Positions 15,442-32,319 of a stretch of 64,000 nucleotides of DNA are shown one piece after another. Under the pieces are notes generated by a model. It worked only from the letters and a program-made list of their open reading frames with translations, made no database searches and was not told the origin of the DNA. The DNA is from the human T2T-CHM13v2.0 reference genome, Homo sapiens. Every line of letters starts with the position of its first letter. The stretch's first letter is position 1. Both the position numbers and the translations under genes were made by a program. The stretch is from assembly GCF_009914755.1 (NCBI RefSeq), contig NC_060932.1; one strand, given 5' to 3'.

Positions 15442-18346
15442 CTATTTGTTTTTTAATATGAGGTTGTGTTGTATTGCAATTGTAATCAATAGAGTAGATA
15501 TAATTTTGAACTACGTATTTAAACATGTTTTCAAGTCTTGTATGACATTGCATTAACTTACAGATTCATTTTTGATATTCACGATATGGTTTTAAAGTAT
15601 CTTATATCTGCTTTCAAAAATCAAACTCATTATTTTCCAAATTACCATGAAAATAGTAACACTGTGTACGTGCTGGGTGACAGGTATTATTTTCTGTTGA
15701 AGTGAGTGCTCCTTTGAAATATGTTACTGTGTCTGACAAACTCAGACATTTTAAAGTTCTTCATCCTCTGCAGTCATCCAGATTTTCCCAAAGGCTTTTA
15801 CTAAAATGTTTCCATTCCCAGTGGCTAAGTATGTGTGGGAAGGGGAAGAGCAGAGAATCTTTTATATCAGATGAGTGGTTTTTAAGAATGTTTTATTCTT
15901 GAAAGTAATAGCTTTTCTTCATGACAGTAGGCCTGACCCCACGACAGGAAACTTTTCTATCTCAGAGCAGGATAGAACCCTGTTGCCTGGGACGGGGAAT
16001 TCAGCCTGGTTTGCTCCATTTGCCTGCACTGGCCTAGAGAAGGAAATGGGGTATTCAAATCAGTGTTTCACAGCAAACGGGAGTGGGGGGCTTTCTTCCA
16101 CCTGGAGGAAGGGGTGGTAGAGACAGACTCTGTAGAACAGCTCCCCCGTTCCCCCCAACCTGGGCAGAAGCAGAGAAGGTGGCGAGTCCTTTGCAAAGTG
16201 AGTTCAGGCTGTGATTTGACTGTTTGCTGTCATTTCTTGGGAACCTGGCCGCAGCCACCAGCCCTTTGGGAGCCCCTTTCTCCCCCTAGGCCCTGGGCTG
16301 GGGTGGAGGCTCTCCCAACTGCAGCATAAGTGGAATGGAATAAAGGCGAATCTTCTTCTGAAGTTAAGTGTTGAATTTTCAGGTGGAGATCACTGAGGCT
16401 GTTCAAGGCAAAAGTCCTGTTCACAGAAAGTCTCGTTCACATGTCAGAGGCAGGCAGCAGCAACCAAGTAGGTGCCTAGATCCTGTTTATTCACTGGGGG
16501 GCCTTGACTTGATCAGAAGCGTTTTAGAGACCACAAACAATGCTCTCAGCTCTTAGGTGAGGAAAGAAGTTTCTGTGATGAGCAGATAACATGTTTTACA
16601 TTACTCGTTCCCTGTAGTGAAATGTCATCTGTGATACAAAGGTTATGTTTTTCTTAAGGTGGTTTCTTTTGTCATTAAATGAAGCTATGTGCCCCTGCCG
16701 TGATCTCTCTGCTCCCAAGGCCTGCTCGGCTGCATCTGTCTTGAGCAAAATCTTTGCTTCCATAAATACTCCTTCCATTCTGTTGCCTCTCATCTCTAAG
16801 ACCTCTGCATCCCATAATCTGATTTTCCATCTACTGATGCATTATGATCACTCAGATGTTCACTGTGAACCCCAGCAGTCTAGAAGAGAGACAGCTTTTT
16901 TAGAAGAGTAAGATATTAAAAAGTCGAATTCTCAAAGAGCAAGTGCGTTCCAGACCCAGAGTGTCCTGAGAGAGTTTCCGGTCTGTGGGTTTGGTCCCCA
17001 GAGCCACAGGTGCTGCTGGGAAGTGCCTGCAGACCCCTGGCAGTCCCATTTTAGCCACAGTGGTCTGCCCTAGATCTCGACTGTGCAACAATCAGTAGCC
17101 GTGTTAGAGGAGTCTTGGTGCATCTATAAATGCCAAGTTTTAGTCCCCAGGAAGTGGGTTCTTGTGATCTGGGCCCCTCCTTGACCAAGTCCAATCCAAA
17201 CTGGAGGGCTTCGGAAGATGCCTTGAGTGTTTACCTAGATTTTGAGGCATCTGTTTCTTGTTGCAGTGAATATTCCTTTGAAATATTTTCCCTTGTCTGA
17301 CAAATTCATCCCTTTGGTCCATTGCTGGTGGCAGGCTTGGTGGCCTGCCATGGCTTCTGCTGCCTGGCATGGTAGCTGAGGGGGCTCCGGCTGTGAAACC
17401 ACGAGCCTGAGGTCCAGTTTTTGCTGGATGGAATTGTGGAGAGCTGAGGCCCCTTCTCTTCTTAAGCCATTCAGATTTATGGACTGTGGCCCCAAGAGAA
17501 GGAGAGGAGGAGATTTAGGCTGCTATGTGGATAATGGAGCCAACCCCCAAGACACTCGTTAGCTTAGATTACTTGGGCGATTTATTTGGGGTCTGGGCAT
17601 CTGGTCTGAGGTGGGGGCTCCTGGAGACACACTCAGCCCTGCCCTTCTGGCAGAAATGGCCCGAGCCCTCCCCAGCTGAACATACCATGTGCTGCAGATG
17701 AGCGAGCTCAGATTTGCAAAGGGTTCTAACACTCCCTGGTGAAAGGCACCGCATGAGTCTGGACATTCAAATGCTTGTTTTACCAAACAGCTCCAGAGAC
17801 ACAAGACAGAGGTGCCATGAACAAGCTTAGGGTCCAGGGCCCCTCTGAGTCCAAGATCCAGCTGCCCCAGTCACCAGAAGTGACTATCAGACTCCGGGAA
17901 CACCAGGCCTTACCTGTTTTGTGGCATTCATCAAGCATGCTTACATTAAATAAATGCATATAGAAAGCTGGAAGGGGGAGAATAATTTGTTGTTTTCAGT
18001 TTTGCTCTATTGAGTCTAAGGTTACTAGAGGAATTCTCTGCCCTGCCTGGCGCTGGGCACCTTCAGTTCTCTTAAAGAACGAGTTGAAACAAAACCAGGT
18101 GCTTAGAAGTAGATTGAGTTTATTTTGTTGGTTTAAGCAATTGGCTGATTTTAGCATTCGGATGCTCTCATTTCAATGTTTTTTTTTTTTTAACAAAGCT
18201 TCAAGGTGCTTCCTTCAAATGAAATCAGGGACTGCTTCTCTGCTTTGTTGAAGTCAATAGATAAAGTTTATCATGCTATTTTCACTAAAGAGTAGCTGTT
18301 GGATTTAACCTTGGTTCATGTTCATGACAGCTTTTGTTGTTTTTAA

Positions 18347-18645
<299 letters not shown>

Positions 18646-20239
18646 AAATCAAATGCTTGTCATTTCTTTACCCTGGAAACATTGGGACTGTTCTAGCTAT
18701 TTTGAAAGACAAAGTGGGTTACTGTTCGCCATGGTCACCCTACTGATGGGCTTTGGGCTCAGGCACCCCCTGTGGTGCTGGCCCGGCTGCCGTGCTGAGC
18801 AGGAGGGCTGTGCTGCACTCATTTTCAGTGTCCCTGGTGCCTGACCAGGGCCAACTTGAGGAGCACATGTACTATGTCAGATGAGCTCTGTGTGCATTTC
18901 ATTCTTTGTGTGTGGAGCTGGTGCCATCCACCCCCAGCAGTAAACACAGTCTGGCTCTTCCTTGCAGGGCAGCTACGCTTCTGTATCCCCCCGACCCTGC
19001 CCGCTTCTCACTGGTTGGCGGAGACTCAGGCTGAGGCCTCTGTGATGAGGTGACCCTCAGAAGGGAGGGTTTGCCCACTGAGGTCTGCGCTCCCACGAGT
19101 AGCCAGGGGCTCCTCCTCCTCTGTGTGCAGGTGTCCCTTTTGTTCTCTGAACTTTGCTGGAATCCAGGGCTGATGGAGAACAACCTGGTCTGGGCATCCA
19201 CAGAACAAGGTCTGAGTCAGGTGGCGTGGGGTAGGGCTGTGAGATGACCAGGGCCAGAGAGAAAGGGCGCCGCCTCCTGTTCAGCCTCCCTCTGGAATTG
19301 GTTGGGAGGGAGAGAGATCCCTACCCTTTTATCAAATAACTTTTCTCCCCCCATTTCCTAGTGATCAACAGAAGGGAGTGCCTGTTCTCATAAAGGAAGA
19401 AAGGCCCCTGTGCTCTGCGAAAGGAAGCCCATTCCATGTGAGCATAGATACATCTGGATGGAGCTGGGGTTGTATCTTTCCCCTGTTCTCCTCAAAACCT
19501 ATTCTCTGGTGGAGAACTTATCACTCACACACGTGTGCATGGTAGACTTTCCTCTGCTCACCCATTTAGCATCTCTGGCAGGTCGTTGCTATTTCTCTCA
19601 ATATGAACATTAATAAAGCGCAGAGGAAGCATATTCATGTGTTTCTGAAGACAGTCTTGAAGGAAAATAGGCAGGGTTCGGGAAGCTGTATGTTTCTGGC
19701 GGCACAGAACCTTATTTCCTTGGTTAGGGAAGAGCACATGATTGATAAGGGTGAATCAGGCATGCAAAGAGCTGCGCAGCTGGCTGACTGCTTCCTGCCT
19801 GGGCCCTGCTGAGAGTCGAGGGTCCATTCTAGAATCAAAGTGGGACCTGGGGGGGCACAGGTGCTGGACTGGGAGGCCTGAGGCATGAGCCATGCCAGCA
19901 GCTTGGGCATGTTCTGCATTTTGTCACTTTCTTCCTTCATCCATGTTTTGGGTCCAGAGCACAACCTCCTCTCCTAGTGCCTGTCTCTTGGCAAGGTGCT
20001 GACATCCGCAGGGAGAGAGACGGAGCATGGCCCCAGGTGTATGTTGTCCCTAGAGTTCATGAGCACTGACGTGGCCCCACTGCATCCATGCTAGAAATCT
20101 GCTGGCTTTGAAATGCACCTCTGTTCTGATTATGTGCTCCACTTGGCTCGTCATTTCTTTGTTTTATACATTTGAATGATACTCATTCTTTGGAAAATAA
20201 GAGCTGTTTCTGGTAAGTTCAGAATCTCCCCTTGTATGG

Positions 20240-20545
20240 TTTATTTATTTATGATTTTTTGAGATGGAGTCTTGGTCTGTCGCCCAGGCTGGAGTGCAGT
20301 GATGTGATCTTGGCTCACTGCAACCTCTGCCTCCGGGTTCAAGCGATTCTCCTACCTCAGCCTCCCGAGTAGCTGGGACTATGGGTGTGTGCCACCATGC
20401 CTGGCTAACATTTTTTTGTATTTTTAGTAGAGACGTGGTTTCGCCATGTTGGCCAGGCTGGTCTCAAACTCCTGACCTCAGATGATCCACTGGCCTTGGC
20501 CTCCCAAAGTGCTAGGATTATAGGTGTGAGCCACTGTGCCCAGCC
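20240..20545 (-). mobile_element. Alu (AluSx/Sz)
   Basis: TSD ccccttgtatggttta / ccccttgtatagttta. Confidence 0.95.
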
Positions 20546-21159
20546 CCCTTGTATAGTTTAGTAGCTTTCATGAGTATGGCAATCTGGAATATTCACTTTT
20601 TGCCCTAACAACCATTAGGAGGAAATAGTGGAAGAGGACACATGCCTTCTCTGTGGACAACCTAGACAGGGTCTGAAACAAACTCCAGGCTGAGTCTGTG
20701 GGAAGGTGCTTGGTGGGCATTCACCACTCTGTGTTCCTCTGCAGGAGCTGAGGAGAGGAGAGGCCTGGGCTGTTCTGTTGGGTGAGCTGCAAGGCCAGAG
20801 GGATAGAGTTAATCATGTTACATAATTATTGACAAGGATATGTTTTTTTCCCCCGAGAGGGCATTTATGTCTTTTATCTGAAGCCAAAATATGTCAAAAC
20901 CTTTTATTACCATTTTACAAACTTGGCTATTTCCCACTGTCTCCTGCAAATACCTTTCCAGCCCTATCTTGTATTAATTTAATCTTCACCTGCTTAAGCT
21001 ATTTATTGTACTTATACATAATAGTAATTCGCAATGAGGTCTTTGTGTGCAGGTATTTCTCCCGGAATGCCTGCAGCGCTCTCTTGGCCTAGGACCCGGC
21101 TGTCAGGTCCCATCCTCAGTGGCCCCCGCCCCACTGCCAGCTCTGTCCTGCACCCCCGC

Positions 21160-21310
21160 ATGCGTGATGCATCCACACATTGTGTTTATCCAGTCATCTG
21201 TTGACTAACATTCGGGCCATTTCCACCTTTTGGCTGTTGTGAATAATGCTGTTGTAAACGTGTGCACAAGTCTTTCTCTCAGTGCCTGTTTTCACTTCTT
21301 CTGGGTATTA
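21160..21310 (-). mobile_element. L1M 3' fragment
   Basis: tttccaccttttggctgttgtgaataatgctg. Confidence 0.75.
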
Positions 21311-21339
21311 GAGTTGCAATTGTAAAGTAAGTTCCTTAA

Positions 21340-22055
<716 letters not shown>

Positions 22056-22234
22056 CAAATGTCACACATTTCTGATCATTTTTGGGACTGTTTAATCACT
22101 ATGATGTTGTCTAAGTTTAGTTGGATGTCCTTGCTTTGGCCAGGGTGTTATAACCACTCATAGATCACAGCTCCTTTCTGGCTTTTGACCCCTCCTTCCT
22201 GCTTTCTTTTGGTTACTGGACTTTATTGACCTAA

Positions 22235-22706
<472 letters not shown>

Positions 22707-23124
22707 ATGGGTGAATATTTTTAGGAGAAAAGCACTAAACCTCTCTGATGCATTTGTATAAACTGGATTTGCCTTGTTCCATTTCCCTTTTGCCAACATG
22801 ATTGTTTTTTCTTTTTAGGGAGAGGTAGAGAAGAAAGAAGAAGCGCTTGTGGGCATCTGAAGTCTGATTAGGCTCCTTGGAGTTGCAAGGAAGCAGCAGC
22901 GGCCCAGGCCCCAAAGGCACAGAGAGCTCAAGGCGGAGGAGTTAGCTGGACGCTGTCAAGCTGAGAGCTTCAACTGGGGAGCTTTGAAGATTTGAACAAG
23001 ACATGAAGAATGTTTTATAGCCTGTGCTTTAGAAGCGCCTATGCTGTGATTTTCCACCACACCAGAAAGGCGCCCAGTGGTTACTTTTCCAAAAGGTCAG
23101 AGGGCAAATGGACCGTTCCCCTTA

Positions 23125-23240
23125 ATTCGGCGGGAAAATGCTGCTTGATAAGACACCATAATTCTTGTGCTCACACAGAGGCGATAAGCGGAGATCTGGC
23201 GAGGACTGCCTCTTCAGGTGGGCTTCTCTGAGATAACAGA
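23125..23240. promoter_or_regulatory. Candidate GATA/E-box enhancer
   Basis: Three GATAA sites, a CAGGTG-N10-AGATAA composite and an E2F-like GGCGGGAAAA; motif evidence only. Confidence 0.35.
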
Positions 23241-23789
23241 GAAATTTTCCTGCTGTAGTGAATTTTCCTGCTGTAGCTTCTTGGCACCAGGGACATTAAT
23301 GAGTCACAGGGTGTCTAGGACCCACAAGTACGGGTGATTCCAGGTGACCTCCGCGCAGTGATCCTGGTTTAGGGAGGGGACTGGCAGGACACCGGGCAGC
23401 TGAGCGCCCACAGTGGAGGAGGCGGCCCCAGCAGTGGCCAGAAACAAGTTCCCTGAGTTGAAATGGCAGGACTTGGGCTTGAGGTGAGATGGAGGTCAGG
23501 AACTAATTGCAGGGTCTCTTCACCATCCCTGGCCTTGTCATTGCCAGCCCTTCCCGATGGCACCCCCTTTCCTCCTCCTCCTTGACATCCCTGAAAATGT
23601 TCACTGGGAGCAAATGAAAAAGCTTACGGTGGATGCTGAATATGAGGGTGTCAGCAGCTGCGTCAGGATGTGGCCTGAAGGAGGAGCATTTGGGAGGAGA
23701 GGGAGAGAGGCCGTGGAGTGGAGATTCAGAATAGCCTTGCTTCCCCCTTACCCCCAACACACAGTAGGACCTGGCTGGCTAGCAGAGGA

Positions 23790-24020
23790 AAGCACGCTGG
23801 GCCGAGGCCAACGGCAGAATGCGGACCGTGGTGGAGGGTGGCGGCCAGGGGTTGTCCCGCTTCTCCCCCTACTGCTCCTTCCCTGCCCGCCTCTCCCAGT
23901 GATGAGCGGCCCAGTCGTGCTCCTTTACTCCCGTGCTCCCACACTTAGGAAATGATAGTGTGTGTTTGGTCCACGGGGCGGGCGTCCCCGGGGGTCGGAA
24001 GCAGCTGCCTGAGCGCGGGC
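23790..24020. promoter_or_regulatory. Small CpG-rich patch with GC box and ETS-like core
   Basis: ggggcgggcg, cggaag and retained CpGs in unique DNA. Confidence 0.3.
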
Positions 24021-24109
24021 CTTGGGAATGGCAGGGAGGTGGCACCCTCCTTCCCCTCCATCAGTTTCAGTGAGAATCAAGTGGTTCCCACGGAGCCTCT
24101 CGGTTTCCT

Positions 24110-25900
24110 TTTATTTTTGTAATTTTGAAAATATGCATAACATGCACTTAACTATGTGTGTAATGCCCGTAGACTCAATTTCCAGTTTAAGTAAAAGGCC
24201 ACCATCCTGTTTGAGGTCTCTAGGTCCCTCCGGAGCCATCCCTTTCTTCTGTCCCCTCCAAGTACTGTATCCTAAATTTTGTGTTTATCCCTCCCTTGAT
24301 TTTCTTCACAGTTCTTCCACACGTTTGTTATTTTAAACAACAGCTAGTTTGGTTTTTCTGATTTTTGAGTTTAAAATAAACAGAATCATACTTTATATAT
24401 TATTCTGTGATTTCTAGTTTCATTCAGTTCTGTGTGTCTCTGAGATTTATCCATGTTTTTTGTGTAACTGTGATTTATCTACTTTCCCTGCCATCTGGAT
24501 TTTAGTTGAAGGAGTATACCATCCTTTTGTTATGGACATTGGATTGGCGTCTGGCTTTCTGCTACTGCAGAAAGAGCCACTGTGCCCACTCTCTTCCATC
24601 TCTTCCTGCACAGACACAGCAGGTCTCCAAGGCCCTTTTTTCCCCAGAGGTTGAGTTGAGGGGTCATAGAGCACATGCCTTCTTCACATTTTCTAGATTC
24701 TGCTCGGTTGGTTTCCAAATGGTTTTTTTTTTTTTTTTTCCAAATGGGTTGTAACAATTACTTTCCACTGGGCATGTGCACAGAGTTCCACATCCTTCCC
24801 CTTCCCAAGCGCTGGTATTGTCAACGTTAAAATCTTTGCCAGTCTGCTGGGTATGAAATGGTTTCTTGTTGTGGCTGCTAATGAGCTTGTGCGTTTTCAT
24901 GTACTTAGAGCCGTTTTTTATTTCTCTCTGTGAAGTGTTTTCAAGCCTTTCCCCATTTCATCTCAGAGTTGTTTACTGATACAGTTCTTTATATATATGT
25001 TATAGACAATAATCCTTTGTCAGTTACAGATGTGGCAAATATTTTCTCCCAGAGAATTTTTTTTCATTCCCTTTATAAGGTCTTTTTAGAACAGAATTTA
25101 AACATTTTAGTTTAGTAGAAATCATCAATCTTTCCCTTTATGTTTTTGCTGCGGTATTTTAAGAAATTCCTCACTGTCTTGATGTGTTCATATTTTGCCT
25201 TTTAAATTTTGTGGTTTTTGCTTTTCTCCTTTGTCTTCAATATACTAGAATTGATTTTTGTATATGGTGTGTGCTAAGAATCTAATTTCATTTTTTTCCA
25301 TAGGTATAATCAATGTCCCACCACCATTTATTGAATAATCATCTTTTCTCTGCTAATCTGCAATACCAGCTTGGGCATACAGAAAACTTCCATTCGTGTG
25401 CTGGTCTAGGTCTAGCCTCCATTCTGTTCTCTTTGTCAATTTGTCTGTCTCTAAATAAGTACCACATTATCCTACTTTCTGTAGTTTCACAATGATTTTT
25501 GATATCTGTGAGTCAATTCCTTACACCTTATTCTTATTTTAGGAGTGTCTTGGCTATTCTCTGCTTTTTACTCCTATGCATTTTTCAATCAGTTTATCAA
25601 GTTTCACAAAAAAACTTGTTGGGTTTCAAATGAAATTGCATTGAATCTATAGATCCACTGGGGAAGAACTAATATCTCTATTATATTTAGTATTTTAATC
25701 CACAAACATGATGGCTTATTTCTCTGTTTAAATTCTTTAGAAAGATATTTTAATAAAGTTTTATAATTTTCCTCACAAAAATCTTATTTATCTTTTGTTA
25801 GATTTAGTGTTAGTTGTTTTGTATTTTTTTCATGTGTATCTTTTAAAGAATACATTTTCAAACTGTTTGTTACTGGGATATTTTTGCTGAGTTCTAGAGT
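24110..25900 (-). mobile_element. Old L1ME-type 3' portion
   Basis: Continuous antisense L1 3'UTR and ORF2 motifs (aaattgcattgaatctatagat). Confidence 0.8.
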
Positions 25901-26601
25901 ATATGCATTCTTCACATTTTCTAGATTCTGCTCAGATTTTTAAAAACTTCTTATTTGAAATAATTATAGGTTCACAGGAAGCTGTGAAAATGTATGGGTA
26001 GATTCAGTGCTTCCCCCAGTTTCCCCCAGTGGGTACAAGTTTTGTAAACATAGCGCAGAATCAAAGCCAGGACCTGACACTGGTTCGAGGTGTGTGCGGT
26101 TCTGTTTATCATGTGGGCGGGTTAGGATAAGCAGCACCAGAGCCAGGCTGGAGCTCCTCCAGCCCCACGACAATCCCACTGTGCCACCCCTTCACCGTTC
26201 TCCTTCCACCCCGGCCCCCCATCATCACTCACCTGGGCGCTCGTCTTTTTTCCATTTCTCTAATTTTGTCATTTCAAGGACTTTATATAATGGAATCATA
26301 CAGCATGTGACTTTTGATATTGACATTTTCCCCTCAGCCTAATGCCCTTGAGACACACCCAAATTGTTGCATGTGTCAAGTGTTAGTTCTTTTTTCTGCT
26401 GAGTAGGGGGCCATGGTACAAGTGCATCACAGTTTGTCTAAACATTCACCTGCCGTAGGACATTTGAGTTGTTTCTAGTTTTTGGCTATCACAAATAAGG
26501 CTACCATGAACAATTGTGTAGAATCTTTTGTGTGGGTATACATCTTCATTTTTCTGGTACGAATGCTCAGGATTGGTGGTATGATAGGTATATCTTTCTT
26601 A

Positions 26602-26947
<346 letters not shown>

Positions 26948-27080
26948 TGACTCTACCCTTTTACATTTCCACTAACAATGTATAAGAGAACCAGTTTTTA
27001 TGTATCCTCACCAGTGTGTGGTATTGTCACTATTTCTAATTTTAGCTATTGTAATAGTTGTGTGGTGATTCTCATTGTGT

Positions 27081-27393
27081 TCTTTTCCTTTTCTTTTTTT
27101 TTTTTTTTTTTTTGAGACAGCCTCACTTTGTCACCAAGGCTGGAGTGCAGTGGCATGAACATGGCTCAGTACAGCCTCGACCTCCTGGGCTCAAGTGATT
27201 CTCCTGCCTTAGCCTCCTGAGTAGCTGGAACCACAGATGCATGCTACCACGCCTGGCTAATTTTTGTATTTTTGGTAGAGACGGGGTTTTGCCATGTTGC
27301 CCAGGCTGGTCTCAAACTCCTGAGCTCAAGCGATTCACCTGCCTTGGCCTCCCAAAGTTTTGGGATTACAGGCGTGAGCCACTGCACCCGGCC
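27081..27393 (-). mobile_element. AluJb-like
   Basis: TSD tcattgtgttctt. Confidence 0.95.
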
Positions 27394-27842
27394 TCATTGT
27401 GTTCTTAATGTTCATTTCTCTAATAGCTAATGATGTGGAGCATCTTTTCATGTGCTTGCCATCCATATGTCCTCTTCAGTGAAATGTCTCTTTATGTGTT
27501 TGCTCAGTTTTTAATTGGATTTTCAAAAATTACTGTTGAGCTTTCAGAGTTCTTTATGTGTTCTAGATAGGAGACCTTTGTCAGGTGGACGATATGCAGA
27601 TATTGTCTCCCAGTTTGTAGTTTGCCTTCTCATCCTCTTAACAGAGTCTTTTGCAGAGCAATAGATTTTACTTTTGGTGAAGTCCAATTTACTGATATGT
27701 TTTTCTTTTATGGATTGTGCTTTTGGTGTCAGATCTAAGAAATCTTCCTAAGCCCTACCTAGTTCCTGAAGATTTTCTCCATTTTTTTTATCTAAAAGTT
27801 TTGTAGTGTTATGTTTAAACCTGAGATCCATTTTGAGGTAAC

Positions 27843-28159
<317 letters not shown>

Positions 28160-28210
28160 TAACTTTTATATGAAGTGTGAGGTTGAGGTTGACATTCATT
28201 TTCCTAATAA

Positions 28211-28591
<381 letters not shown>

Positions 28592-29099
28592 TTGTATGCA
28601 TTTTTATGCCTTTTCTTAGGTGAACCCAGTGTAATCGTGTGGACAAGATGGAAGAAGAGTCAAGAGAGACAGGAAGCAGGAGTGGTGAGATGCATAGGTG
28701 CTGGCTTTGAAGATGACGCCCACTCTTCCCTTTTACGTAATGTTGCATGCCTGTTTGTCAGATTTTCTGGTTTTCCTCCTTATGATACCTCTCACAGTGG
28801 GAAGTTATGCATCACCACATTTTAAAACTCCGGAGCAGCTACGTGATATACCCTAGGCCAATGAAGTGTGTGCAGAGTGAATGTGAGCTGTTTCCAGGCA
28901 GATGCTTTTGCAGCTGGTATGGGGATGGCCTCTTTATTCTTGGCCATAAGACTGGATGTGCTTTGAAAGGAGATACTCTGTTGACCCCGTTCTGGAGGAA
29001 GATGACATGGAGCAGTGCTGCACTTGGCCCTGGAGAGCGTGACTGCTATAGAAAGCTGTGGAGATCGTGGGTTGTTGGTCATGACCAATACCCTCTTCC

Positions 29100-29480
29100 T
29101 CCTTGATACTCAGGTCACTATATTTCCACCTTGCTCATCCTGCTCCATGTGATGGAAAGCTGGTCTCTGTTGCCTGCATCTGCCAGGCTCCCTTTCCTTC
29201 TGGCTTCTGGTTGGGCTCAGCCAATGGAAGGCCCCAGTGAGACAGTGGAGAGGGGAGAAGAGAGTGCCAAGGTGTTTATCCCCTGGCTTTTCCCTGCCAG
29301 GCAGTGGGTTAGGGATGGCTATGTTCCTTTACCTGAGGTCTCAGTGAGCTGGTAAGCACCCCTCCCCTTGCCCCTCAGACATGGAGGTAATGGCCTTTTG
29401 CTGTCGCTTCATCAGGTCAAACCTGTCATCTCCCTTAACTTCACCACTTCACTAAACCCCTCAATTACTCCCTGAGTCCC
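29100..29480 (+). mobile_element. ERVL LTR16-family solo LTR
   Basis: ctggcttctggttgggctcagccaatggaagg ... ggtgtttatcccctggct. Confidence 0.7.
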
Positions 29481-30773
29481 TGGGCATTGTCGCAGGGCAG
29501 ATGAAACAAGTGAGAATGAGCCCATTGTGCAATTGCCGCTCCTGGAGGGATCTTCAGAATGCAGTCCCTTTCAGTGGGCAGGGCAGGCGCTAGAGAGCGT
29601 TGTCTGAGGGAATTAGGGTCAACACAGCATGTTCTACTTGCTGAGGATTTGTGCTGCAGCAATCACATATTTGCAAACAAATGTTTGACCCGAATTTGCA
29701 ATCACTCTCATGATGTGCTGAATCCTGAAAAAGGGTTGTTATCCCAAAATTATAGGAAAGAAAACTGCCAATTTGGGAACTTCATGACATACTACAGGCC
29801 ACCTACAAGGAGGCATGCAGCCGTGTTCATAGCTGTGGTAAGCAGAGTTTCTAAAATTGCCCTCAAAGATGCCCCACTCTGCCCCCGGCAACCCTTCAGC
29901 AGGAGGAAATAGTTTTCCTTGCTTATCTCACGTTCTGTGGCACAGGCGGTAAGGAGATCAGCCTGAGTTACCTGGGCGGGGCTACTGTTATCACAGGAGC
30001 CCGTAACAGCAGGGAGCTCAAGAAAGAGCTGCGGCAGAAGTGAGAGAGATTCAAAGCATGAGGATTCCATGCACTGCTGCCGCTTCAGTAAGCTGAGAAG
30101 GTTTGCCATTTCATCATATGTGCCTCCCTGATATGGTGACCAGAAAATCTGCGCAAACAAATGTAGGGCAAATCTAGGAAGGTGGAGGCTATTGCTGGCA
30201 GCAACCTGAAGGAGATGGTGGCTGTCGTTGGTTTAAATTGGGGTATCTCTGCTGTGAACTAGGCACCTGGAGTGTATTCGCAGCCCTCAGTCTCCCAGAC
30301 ACGGCCATGTGGGGTTGCCACGCCATGCCACAGCATGGCGGTAACTTCTCCTGAGTCTTTAAGTTGGACTGACACTAGTCTCTCCATGAGCTCCGGTGTA
30401 AACCAAGCTCTGAGCTACTTGACTCAGTGTAATAGAGAAAGCTCCTTTATTCATGGAAAGTTGGGCCACATCACCTGCACACAGGAAGAGCCAAATTCCA
30501 ATTTCAGCTGATTGTGTCACATGGTCACAATGGATAATGAGGGATCCACATTTATACTACAAAATAATTCAAAAGTGCGTGTTCCGCAGACAGTCGGTGG
30601 GTATGTTAGAATCTGGAACTTAGCATTTCTAATTTTTTTTTGGCTCAATATGGGTTTATGCTATTCGTGCGTGTGGCCGTTTAGCAATCTGTGGTCTCTC
30701 AAAGGTCTGCAATGCAGGTGCTCATTTTGAACCATTTATTCAAATTATGTGTATTGCCTGATTGGTGGTATAA

Positions 30774-31067
<294 letters not shown>

Positions 31068-31100
31068 TGTGGTAGAGGTTTTCAAAAGATAATATAATTA

Positions 31101-31630
<530 letters not shown>

Positions 31631-32319
31631 TTAAAGGACAATTGCACAACAGAAGTGAGCTGCAGCACGCTGGTTTGATCCACTCAAATAAATCAGTTTG
31701 TGGTAATAAAGTATTTTCTTTCCTTTTGAAAAAGTCATGAAAACCGTGTTGCCTCTAGAATCTATTGTTTCACTAATCTCTCCCAACTTTCTTGACTATT
31801 CTTGGGAAGAAAAGCTTTTCCTCTTGAAATATTCCCTTTCTTACTTTAAGCCCTAACAACTTGCAAATGTCAGTGAAAGAACAAAGGCCTTTTGCAGAGA
31901 AGCTGCCATGGAGGAAAATCAATGGAGACGCAGTCATTTCATGGGGGCTTTCCTGGTGACATGCCAGCAGTCATCCAGCCCCTCCCATGTGGAGGGCACA
32001 GCCTCAGTGGCAATGCAACTGCCTCCAGCAGTGGCCTTTCCTGGTGGGGAGACAGAGATTTGAGGCTGCAAGGAAGTTGACAAAGACTGGAAACCATTGG
32101 TGGACTTTCAGTAAGACTCTGAAATATATTTTTGATCACTTTTCTATTGACCAAAATATTTTCAAATTGATGTGGCCTAAAGGCTACCACATCACATCAC
32201 CTGTCCTTGGATATAGAGAAGTTGGGGCCTGGGAGAGTGTGTAATGAGTAGTAGAAAAAGGATGAACTATCTAGTAAATGCCTTTGGGAAGTTGCCTCCC
32301 CAGTGGAGGGAAAAAGAGT

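Noticed and set aside
16596-16840. Minus frame ..WKIRLWDAEV.. resembling a WD40 or C2 motif
   Set aside because: Preceded by three stops, no repeat periodicity or further domain motifs
30314-30345. GC-rich hairpin cgccatgc-caca-gcatggcg
   Set aside because: Too short for a pre-miRNA and expected by chance in 64 kb
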